DNA of 63,209 nt, counting the filler, from Collodictyon triciliatum (lineage: Eukaryota): assembly GCA_043381765.1 (NCBI GenBank). It is 8 parts of 8 records of this genome, joined end to end, with 100 filler letters (N's around TTAATTAATTAA, not from the genome) between each part and the next. Parts side by side here need not be neighbours in the genome. Positions count along the whole stretch, not along the records: positions 36,443 to 42,022 come from JBHJMP010003207.1; positions 42,123 to 51,121 come from JBHJMP010003208.1; 6 more parts are not named here. One strand, 5' to 3'. Within the stretch, counting starts at the first letter, position 1; every line of letters begins with the position of its first letter. The notes under the pieces were generated by a model. It made no database searches. It saw only the letters and a list, made by a program, of their open reading frames with translations, and was not told the origin of the DNA. The translations under genes were made by a program, and so were the position numbers. Shown here one piece after another: positions 36,613 to 47,440 of this stretch.

Positions 36613-37425
36613 AAGAGATTCCGGAAGAATGACTCCTTTTCCGGCTGCAAGCCCAGATGCCTTGATTACAATCGAGTAGTTGACGGAACGGACATACTTG
36701 AGAGCAACTTCATAATCCTGGAATGTGCGATAAACCGCTGTCGGAATACCGTGGCGAACCATGAAGTCCTTTGAGAACGCCTTGCTGGCCTCTAATTGGG
36801 CGGCCTTTGCACTTGGACCGAAACATTTGAGCCCCTATTTACCCACGATAAATAATTAGTGAAAAATCCAAGTTGAGACAAGAGACAGGCAACTGGTTTG
36901 GTGAGAAGTGGATTTCAAAGTGGAAAGGAATAAAATGTATGACATCCACAAAAAGCAAATAAATAACAGAAGTAGACAGATTAAAATAAATAGCAATTGA
37001 AGACTAAAATGTAGAAACGAAAAGGTAGAGAACGAAACGATATCAAGCAGAGTCTGGAACTGTTATCTCTCAGGAGAAAATATCCACGTATGTGTGCAAC
37101 AAAGAATCATGTGAAAGTTAGCTTTGATAAGCTAGTTATTGTGGCGATAGGGACAAACCTTGTCGTTAAATTTGTCTACAATACCAGCAGCCAAAGGTGC
37201 TTCTGAGCCGACAAAAGTGAAGTCTATGTTCTCTGTCACGGCGTAGTTGAGAAGTGCTTCGATATCCTCTGCATTGATGTGAGGAAGGCGAAGCAGCTTC
37301 TGGCCATCGTCAGTGCCTGCATTTCCGGGAGCCACAAGGACTTTCGAAACCAGAGGCGACTTGGCCAGCATCAGAGCTATGCAGTGCTCTCGTCCGCCAG
37401 AGCCAACCACAAGGACTTTGGCCAT
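36613..37425 (-). CDS. purD: Phosphoribosylamine-glycine ligase (PurD domain; possibly N-terminus of a GART/Ade5,7 fusion), first two exons
   Basis: KVLVVGSGGREH, APGNAG, FGPSAKAAQLEASKAFSKDFM, VIKASGLAAGKGVI. Confidence 0.93.
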
Positions 37426-37949
37426 CTTCTTTCAAGACTTTGCTGCTGTTGTATTTCCCGCACAAATTAGCTTCGAGCCAGTATTGCGTGCTTTGCTTCT
37501 TAGGCGCGAGCCACGAGCAGAGCAAAGACTCTCACTCTCGGCTGGGCTTGGAGGCATTAGAAGGAGGAGGCAATAAGGCAAGAAGGCAAGAATAGGCAGA
37601 AGTGATTCATCTCCAATCAACTGTGTATGTGCACACACTTGTTTCGGAGCAGTGGCCCGCTTTTACTCCGCGGCTTGCTTTCCTGGACTGCTCCACCGAC
37701 TAGGCCTCGTTTCTGATTGTTCTCGCCAGACCAAACCACGAAACGGGCGGTGCAGAAGGTAAATTGGCTGGTTGTGCTGGATTTGGCGCTGTGGTCATGC
37801 GAATTGCTTATCTGGAATTTGGCTTTGCGGTGCTGTGGGGGGTAGATGCCGCCGCTGGTGGTGAGTCTAGGCGGTTCGATTCCGAATGTGTGGCGGGTAT
37901 GTACCATCCCTCACCTCCGGCTTTGTGTGCACTGTTGTTTCTTTTGCGT

Positions 37950-40900
37950 TTATGAGCGGGTCATTGCGAAGGCGACGGCCATGACTAAGATAGCAACGCT
38001 AATCATCAATATCAATCCTTGATTTGAATTTGCCTGCTTTGATGGAGATAAGGTCTGTGTTGTTACAGATTCTTGGCCCCCAGAGATGAGGGTGTTGCCG
38101 TCCGGGGGGTTGTTTGATGGGTCCGTTTCCTCGTTTTCTGCGTGATCGTCGTGATCTGTGTGGGACTGGAGTGGCTGGAGAAACACTTTTCCTGTTGCAA
38201 TTTTATTTTCTGATTAATTTTTGATTGAAGCGATAGACTTTTGCAGAAACTGAAGATGGAAGAAATTTAAAATTTGGCAAAGTCGGCCATGAGGGCTTTT
38301 GGCCTGATTATTCAACCAAACACAATAATAGTAATAATAATAATAATAATAAGACGAAAAGAATTGACATATGTGCCTGTTCAGATATTTTTGTAAACGA
38401 TATTAAGGAGTTGTGTTTTGAAAATCATAATACCTCCTTCATGTGTCTCCTCAATGTCCTCGATTTCTACCTCATCGAGGGGAGTCTGGATGCCGGTGAG
38501 TTCCTGCATGCGAGAGTAGATGTCTTGTTTTTTTTCAGACTCCACTGCGTAATCCAAAAAAATAATAGAGCCTGGTTGTCGGAAAAGGACACGCTTCGGA
38601 AGAGGGTCAGATCCGACATCGAGAAACGACCTCAGTATAGTTGGATCGTCAGATATTCTTGTCATGAAGGGATTTTGTCCATTTTCTGTATGGGTTGAAT
38701 GCCTCAAATCAACAATTGCTCATTCACCCGCATTGCATTCTGTCTTTACTGAATTATTCCAACTGTAGTTGCATATTAAACAAACCATCCTCCGCCCCTT
38801 GGGCTACTAATTCTAGGCGAGTGCAGATGCTTTTTACAAAGTCATCTTTCAAGTACTAGGGGTAAGTGAATGAGTGGTGAGAGATGAATAAAAGGACTGA
38901 GAAGATACCCAACAGCACAAAGTCAGCTTTTCTTTCATAAAAGACAGAGAATTTGTAATGAAAATGTCTGCAGGTATCACCTCTATGGCAGAACCATAGG
39001 TTTCCCGTCCTTGTGCTAATGCATAGCCGCGAATCGAGCCCTGGACGCGCATCGTCCACTCTGCTTTACTCAAGTTAAGCTGCTCGCCATCCAGGATTCC
39101 TTCTGTTGAAGAGAGTAACTCTACATAACGTGCGGGCTGATCACTAATCTATGGGCAATCGTATGTTTCAGTTAGTACTATATCTGCGGAAGTATTTATG
39201 CATACTTCCTTGTTTCTGTTTGACATTTTCTTTTTCAAAAAAAAAAGAAAAAAGAAAAAAGAAAAAAGAAAAAAGAAAAAAGAAAAAAGAAAAAAGAAAA
39301 AAGAAAAAAGAAAAAAGAAAAAAGAGAAAAAAAGAAAAAGAGAGAATGAGGGAAAACGGGAAAACGGGAAAACGGGAAAACGAGAAAGAGTACGAGGTTT
39401 TGGCAAGGTAGTGAAGGATTGTTTTGGATCGTACTACGGAAAGTTCGCTGATTTGCAGAAAATATAGAACCATAAGAAAATGAACTTACAGTGTCATCTT
39501 TTCGCCCTTTGGTCTTTTTTTCCACCTAAGATATGGGCATAGCGATTATTAAGTTGAGTGAACATGTTGCTCTTTCTGAGGGTAAAGGGGTCTGAAAGAT
39601 ACTATAAAGATATAGAGTCCAAAGAGAGAGAGAAAACTCACAGAACTGGAGACGATTTCTTCGTCTGCCACAACTAGCCGACCACCTGAGGCGGCGGTGG
39701 ATGCTCGGATACCATGAAAGAGAGGTAACAGCCCATGCTAAATGTTAACCCAGAACTTATTTAATTTTCTTTCAGAAACAGGATGTAAGTTTCAGTAACA
39801 TAGGCATGAGATGATGACCAATGTGTATATATTTGTTTTATTTTACTTGGCTGAACAATTGAAATAATTGTATAATTATTATGTAATTTTGAGCACATAT
39901 TATGTAGAGATAGAGGAACTCCAAACAAACCATCATTTGCTGGAACACAGTCTTTGAGGAGTCTCTTAATATGGAATGGTAATTATCAGAGAAATATTTT
40001 TGCAAGCGATTGGCTAAGTTTCAAAATTACACGAGGCTATCATGCGAAGTAGGGATATAGTTTCGAATACACGTCAACTAAGATGAAAAATTGTTTTTGA
40101 GGAGATGAAGTACATGGAGAGGGGAACCAAATAGTCGATTTCAACAGAAGATTCAAACAGACAGAGTTTGGAGATGACTGGCTGCAATTTAATGTCAACA
40201 GGCCTTCCCTGTTATCATATATATCAATAATTGTTTTCGCATCAAAAAGATAATTTTTGAAAAAAATTAAAGACAAAGTGGCATAAACTCGACACTAACC
40301 TTGGGCTCAACCTCCTCAAATAGCCTTCCAGTAATACTGTGTAGAGAAAAGTAAATTGTTGTGTAATCTATCAATAAAATGAATCGAGCATGGGTTTATG
40401 AACATATTTTGACTCATGAAATATAAGAATTAATTGAACATACACTTTGGAGTATGGGCATATGTTGAGTAGAAGATGATGTCCTGGATTTGCAGGAGCC
40501 TCTGGACCAGCTTTTCGGGTAGATTCATACGTATCCACACAAACTTGTCTTAATGAACCGGAGATGGCATCTAAGTTAGTAGGAAATGTCTTTGAAGCAG
40601 TCACAGCATACATCCCGATCACTTTCACCCCTCCGGGACTTATTCGGCGGACCTAGTCAATTGGTTGAAGAAGCGCAAATGCATGTAGAATAATGAGGAA
40701 CGTGCGAAAATTATTGTATATGCAGTTGAAAACAACAAAGAATATAAAAGATATGGCAAATCCTCAAATTATCTTTAATATTTTAATTTTCACTTTTTGT
40801 TTTGTTTTGTTTTGTTTTGTTTTGTTTTGTTTTGTTTTGTTTTGTTTTGTTTTGTTTTGTTTTGTTTTGTTTTGTTTTGTTTTGTTTTGTTAAACAGGTA

Positions 40901-41478
40901 AAATAAACTGGTTGAACTTGCTGAGGAATACACAATGAGTGTCAGCGCAAAATAAAAAAAAACATGAAAGTTTAAATGGCCATTCAGTTACATCACCTGC
41001 ACGGCGTGCTCTACCGACCAATTGGTGTCGAATTGAATGGACTGGATCTTTCCTTTCCCTGGTTCACATACATGGCTCTTTATTAAAACTCCTGACAGCT
41101 AGACCATAGAAGATCAAATAGCAAACAAAGGACTGCAAAGAATTCAACCTACCTTTCGGTTTCGGAGCCGCAGGGGTAGGTACGAATCGAAAGACTGCAT
41201 CTTTCTCCCCGCTGTGGACCTAGGTTAAATAAGTTGTTAGTGATTTGCAGTCAGGTAACAAGTTGAAAGAGAGTTGACTTCAAAGGAAAAAAATGAACGG
41301 GAGATAGATAACAGAAAGGGAGGATAAAGTCACGCAGGCGAGATAAAAGAGGATCAAGTAAAAAAAAAAAAAAAAAAGAGATAAAGACCTGCCCGAGGAT
41401 TAGACCAAAACCGAATTCCTTCGTTACCCGAAGCGCCTCCTCCACAGCATCCTGGTCCACGATCACTTGCTTGGCCAT
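37950..41478 (-). CDS. ODR4: ODR-4 homolog (ER membrane, GPCR trafficking)
   Basis: FGLILGQ, FDTNWSVEHAVQ|VRRISPGGVKVIGMY, LPKRVLF...FLDY, and a C-terminal transmembrane segment LILMISVAILVMAVAFAM. Confidence 0.8.
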
Positions 41479-41922
41479 CTTCAAGACAAAGAGTGGTTTC
41501 AGGGTCAGTCTAGGCAAGTGCAACAGGCGATGAGGTTGTTTGTTTGTGCGCTTGGATTCTTCTTTCTTGGCCTGGAAACTTGGCGGCCGATTTGCAGGAA
41601 GAAGTCAGACAGTACTTATCACAAATGTGGAAAACATTGATTTTCTCAATTCTAGACCGTAATAAATGACTATAGTTGTTGCAATATAAAATTAATTTGT
41701 CCATGATGCAATTTTTATATTTGTTAGGTACATCTTTTCTATCATCTCCACTCTTGAGATCGGGTGAGCTTAATCAGAGTTGCGTCAAGGAAACAACAGA
41801 AAGAAACAAAAAAAAAACAAAAAAATATTACTAGAAATGAAAAATAGGAAAAGGTTATTCAATACAATTTTTGGATCGGGTTATCGAAAAAATCATAATT
41901 ATTGATATTGAATTATATGCCA

Positions 41923-41964
41923 TGATATCTATATATACTTAATATTAAGTATATATAGATATCA
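41923..41964. repeat. Perfect 42-bp palindrome
   Basis: TGATATCTATATATACTTAATATTAAGTATATATAGATATCA equals its own reverse complement. Confidence 0.95.
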
Positions 41965-42022
41965 CTTTAACCCTGCAATCTCGAAAATTCACCTGGAAAC
42001 CGTTCGCTGATACTATATTTGG

Positions 42023-42122
42023 NNNNNNNNNNNNNNNNNNNNNNNNNNNNNNNNNNNNNNNNNNNNTTAATTAATTAANNNNNNNNNNNNNNNNNNNNNN
42101 NNNNNNNNNNNNNNNNNNNNNN
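42023..42122. other. Artificial contig spacer
   Basis: N-TTAATTAATTAA-N 100-bp linker. Confidence 0.97.
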
Positions 42123-43690
42123 GTGAAGTATTCGCTGCAGGCTTCGAAAATGTCAGTCCAGCTGACACCCAGCGGTATGTTAGACAGGTGCGCAACCTTT
42201 GTGACAGTTTTTGCTGGCATGGGTGTGTAAAGGTGGTTGAGGAGCTGGAAATATATCCTCTTTAATGAAGCCAGCCGCATTTTCTTTTCTTGGGAAGGCG
42301 ATTCTGAGCACAAGGGCAGGGCTGTACACCATAAGAGTCACGTCCTTCTCGTAGCACTTTCGGGCTTCCATAACCTCCCGCAGTTTCTTGCACATGTTAC
42401 TACGGTTTGTGAAGGCAAAAGATTCTTCATAATCTGCCACGAAGGTAGACAGAGCTAGAAGTCTTTGATAAGCTCATTATAAATCGCAAACCTCAATCGT
42501 GGTATGTAAAAAATGGTTGATTGGGAGGTTCTGCTTCCCGATGCAAGTTCGGCGATGGTTAGCGTTGACTGCCAGCATTTTACTTCTGGTGTGGTTGGAG
42601 TCCATCGATAGTTTAATTCAATCAGCCAATATCGAAGAGATCTTATTATTAATTCTATAAGTTAATAAATAATGCATGAATTTTAATCATAGACATAGGT
42701 ATCTGATTATTCATTTATTATTTTATTTTCCAATAATAGAAAAAGGATGTGGCTCTCTGTTTTTTTGCAATTCCGAGAAATTAACCCGATTATTTTCCAT
42801 TCCAAAAATTGCCATAAAATTCCAAATTGACTTAGAAATCAATGACATTTTTCAGAAATAGCTAATCTTTGGTACTCCAGCACGCATAAAAATTCGCTGC
42901 ACCTTTTTGGAAGAGAAAAGACGCGTTTCCAAAATGCATTTTTTGAACCCGGATTTGGGCTCGTGTTCCGCCGGAATTCCCCTCGCGTTTTTTCTCCCAA
43001 TCACACAAAGAATTGATGAATGCAGTATTTCTCTTCCAAAGAGTACGCATTGGGTGTTTTTCCATGGAAGACAAACCGCCCCACTTTTCCGTCCCCATAT
43101 TTTTTTTTCCGTCTTGTCTTTGATCAAAAGAGACTTGTTTGCGGCTAGTGTGAATCAGCACAGCCCGCTTGCCATAGCGTGGATCAGCGACGAAGCAGGT
43201 TAAAAATACGACTGCAGCTCAAAGTCTCGATCGAAGGAGGAATCAATAGGCTTTAATATCTACATGAAAAAAAAAATGAATGTTGTAAAACCGATCGCTT
43301 CGAAGACAACTCACAAGCTTAGGGGAAAAAATGTTGCTGAGCTTGTTCTCTCTAAAGTCGCTGTAAGGGACATATTTGCAGGGCAAAGTTGCTCAAAGTC
43401 CTTTTTTTTTTCCTGCCCTCTTATTTCCCCTTCTTTTTTTCTTGGCTTGATGTTTTGTTGCTTTGTGAAATATCAAACTCTATGAACTCAACTCCAACAA
43501 CCGGTTGAAATACATCACAGCATCTCACTTGTCCTCAAAAACGAAAGGTGTTATAAGCCCGAAAGACACAATTACAACTAGTCAGGGAAGCTCTGTCTCT
43601 TGGAATTAGAGAGAAGTGGTTACCTTTCCGAGTTCCCAGTGCGATTTCTCACACCTGTTTGTGATGTAGAAAAGAAAACAGACAAAGCAA

Positions 43691-45595
43691 ATGGGTTGCT
43701 GCGGTGGTGACAGTTCTGAGGACACGTCCAACAGCCGAAACATCGACGCACAGTTGAAGAAGGACAAGGCTAAAATGCGCAGTGAAGTGAAGCTCCTTCT
43801 TCTCGGTACGTCATCCACAAATCCTTTCAAGCAACGACACAATAACAGGCATATAAACACAAGCAACAACATATTTACACTCGTCCTGGGTCCAAGAATA
43901 GCAGCTGATCCTTATACTTTTATCTCTATCGTCAGTCAGGACTTGCTTTTATCTTGTTCTTCTGTTCCCTCTAATAATCTATGTTGTTTTCTTACTTTGT
44001 AGGGACTGGTGAGTCGGGCAAGAGCACCATCCTCAAGCAGATGAAGATCATCCACCAGGAGGGCTACAGTGAGCAGGAACGTGTTGCATTCAAGGACATC
44101 ATCTTCAACAATATCATTCAAGGAATGAAGGGGCTGATTTCCAACGCAGCCAAGCTGGGGATCAAAATCGAGACTGCTGAGAACGAGGTAGACTTGAAAA
44201 TTTACAGCTGTGTAGCTTACTCGCTCAAAGAGCCCAAATCGCTATTGCTTTTGACTCTTATATATATATATATTTGTCTTTCGCATAGACTCAGTAGGAG
44301 TTCAATTGTATCTTACTTTCCCCTTAAACAACTTTGTTGCTAACCTTTTAGGCTCGTTCGCAACGCATTTCTGGCATCGAAGTTGGCGAAGGCTGGACCT
44401 CCGAAATCGGCAACGAAATCGCCCAGTTGTGGACAGACAAAGGCATCCTTGAGACTTACGCCCGCCGCTCAGAGTTCCAGCTGGATGACTCTGTTAAATA
44501 GTATGATCTTTATGTATTAAGTCCACGAGGTGGCAGCTTCTTAAAATGATATCTACATGAATGATAAGTGTAATGTTATGGATCGTTGAATTTACTTTTA
44601 TTCGACGTCCAGCTACTTCGACAGCCTGGATCGCATCAACTCCGCATCTTACGTACCTGACGAGCAAGATATTCTACGCTCACGTGTCCGCACAACTGGT
44701 ATTGTCGAGATCCAGTTTGTTCTCCAAGACTTCCGCTTCCGGTACGCTTGTTTATGTTGAGACTCTATCTCCATTTTCTCTGTATTTATTTATTTATTTA
44801 TTTATTTTTGGCTTCACATATTCATGAGAGATGATAGTTTCAATGTGTCAGACGAATTAATTCTGTGACTTAGCATCTTCGACGTCGGAGGTCAACGAAA
44901 CGAGCGCAAGAAGTGGATTCACTGTTTCCAGGATGTCACAGCTGTCATCTTCTGCGTGGCTATCAGCGAATATCCTTTTCAATGAATAAGATATCAATGG
45001 ACTTCAGAAAGCCCATATAGATGTACAAATACTGTCCCCTTTTTAATGCAGAAGTAAATTAAGCAAATTAAATATCACCGAGAATATTCTCAGTAATCAT
45101 GATGAATGCATAATCCTTAACCTGTATGCACATATGATCAAAAGCTCTTTGAGGATGAATCCCAAAACCGCATGAAGGAGTCCCTTCTCCTTTTTGACGA
45201 AATTTGCAACAGCCGCTGGTTCTTGGATACATCCATGATTCTTTTCTTGAACAAGACAGATATTTTCCGTGAGAAGATCCAGAAGACCGACCTGAGCGTT
45301 TGCTTTCCCTCCTACAAAGGTATGTCATGAAACTAATTTCAGTGTCTCATTCTTTCGTCTTTCGTTGCCATCTTCTTGCCCACAGTCCTCAAAGCTATGA
45401 CACAACCCAGGTGGAAAAGACTACGAGAAGGCCACCCTTTTCATTCGCCAGCGATTCGAAGAGCTCAACAAGACAGACACCAAGCAAATCTACACCCACT
45501 TCACATGTGCCACAGACACGAACAATATCAAGATTATCTTCAACGCCGTGAAGGATATCATCCTGCAAAAGGCTCTCCGTGACCTTGGTTTCTAA
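43691..45595 (+). CDS. Heterotrimeric G-protein alpha subunit (7 exons, one U12 AT-AC intron)
   Basis: MGCCGG N-terminus (myristoylation/palmitoylation), [43 protein letters not shown] at 45593-45595. Confidence 0.97.
44970..45131 (+). other. U12-type (minor spliceosome) AT-AC intron
   Basis: 5' end ATATCCTTTT, branch site TCCTTAAC at 45114-45121, 3' end GCAC; removal restores [11 protein letters not shown] in frame. Confidence 0.93.
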
Positions 45596-46258
45596 GCCTG
45601 GAGCTGTTCTTTGTATGGCTATCCCCTTTTCTTTTCATAGCAGCCGAATCCCTATTCTCTCCCTAATGCCGATATGTTTTAATCATATTTTCTTCTTGTC
45701 CCATTCCCAGGAACTTGTATGGAGCCTTCTCAGTTCTCCTTTCGTCGCTGTTCTATTCTTTTCTTTTCTTTATTTCCCATCACACTTTGACCTGGACTTC
45801 TCCCTTTGCGCTTCCGGTCGACTCTGATATTGGCTACACAAGCTTATTTTCCTTTCGCCAGCTGCTCTTCAACCACTCTTCAGATATGGACTATTGTTGT
45901 GGCAAGCCGTGGCGCTGATACTTTAAACCAACACCCGGCGGACTGTTTGAACGATGCCATCCACCACCCAAAACATCCGCATCCATAAACCCAACGCGTA
46001 TCGCTATGCACTTATTCACTCATCCACCACCACCACCACCACCACCACCACCACGCATTCAGCAGATATCCCCAGAAGACACGAGTGTTTTTTCTTTATC
46101 ACTATTACTACCTTTTTTTTATCTTCCTCAGAACACAAACAGCTGGCAATACATACGAGAATATGGACACAAGGAGTGGGTTGCAGGCCGAGGAGTGATG
46201 CCGTTTTATTCGACGCGAAGAAGGTTGGGCTGATTGTATGTACTGGGAAAGGGCATCA

Positions 46259-46697
46259 CTAGAGGTAGTAGAGCTCCAGCCCCATCCCGTCGTGGATCTC
46301 GTAGTCCTCCAGTGTGATGTGGTCTTTGAAAACTGTGTACCATTTTTGAAGGCGGATCTTCTCGGGCCGTGTGCCTGGCGAGCCGCGGGTGTGGGAAAGT
46401 GAGGCGCGTTCAGAGCGAGGATAACAGGGTGAGAAAATAGAGGTGATTGATGTCAACCAAGCGCGAGATTCAAGTTATGTTTGAGTACAAATGGATAAAA
46501 ATACAGATAGTAATTAAATAATAATAATAATAAAAAAAAAAAAAAGAAGCAGAATAACGAGACAATGGAAGGGAAAATGAATAAAGCAAACCGGTTTGCG
46601 CAGCGATGAGCTTTTTGAGATCTCCGATGGTATCGTCTGGGTTGCATTTGACTCGCACTTTTTTCCCAAGGCGATCGTTACAGACAACTTCGATCAT
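46259..46697 (-). CDS. UBL5: Ubiquitin-like protein 5 / Hub1 (2 coding exons)
   Basis: [73 protein letters not shown], with the diagnostic C-terminal YY. Confidence 0.97.
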
Positions 46698-47169
46698 TCT
46701 ATACACATCAACGATTTGTTCAACAGTGTTCGGAGAGGGCTGTTTGACGGCGAGCATGTGGTGGGATGAGAGTCACGCATGCGGTTTGTTGGAGCACTCA
46801 CCCGCTTCTCCCTCGCCCCAAGGAGATGGCCCGAATAGATCGGATTCAAGAATGGTTGTTGGCGTGTAATCATAACAAATGTGGAAAATATGTAACATGG
46901 TTCAAATCTATTCTATCCTTTTCGCCCACACAACACACACCTTTTATAAATACTCTTACGATTGTTTTGCTTTGTTATGTCTGTTGTCATTCCTGTGGTG
47001 CTTATATGTCTGATGTAAACAAAGTATTACGCAGCCGCCCAAGAGCATCTTTGTTTATGCGCTACAGCCTTGGCATAACGTGTCACGGAAAAAGGGTTGG
47101 CTCTAGCCGACCCACAGGAAGCCCACAAAACTTCCAGAGAACACAAATGTCATTAAACATTCCAAGGAA

Positions 47170-47440
47170 TTTATCGCACCCGGCGATACTGTAAACCATT
47201 GTGCCTGGCAAAGGCGCGGTATGGCAGAAATACACGACAAAGTACGCTACATAGAGGACAAGGGGCTGGGGCTCTGCCTTGATTCATCTTTCTTTTTATA
47301 CCACAAGGGGCAAACCAATCGGAAGATTGGTAAACTTGGTGCGCTAGTATCCAAGGTCTCGCCACTTTTTTCACAAAGATCGTGTAGTGGTGAAGGCTGC
47401 CAGGAAAGACCCAAAAGCCTGATTTTTTAGAGGAAGATGT
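47170..47440 (-). ncRNA. Candidate Fanzor omega-RNA / right-end region
   Basis: Directly 3' of the Fanzor ORF; hairpins at 47314-47331 (7-bp stem, 4-nt loop), 47362-47390 and 47172-47188. Boundaries are not determinable by eye. Confidence 0.4.

Noticed and set aside
37871-37885. B-box-like GGTTCGATTCC (and a weaker one at ~58008-58019)
   Set aside because: No acceptor stem, full T stem or terminator; probably chance.
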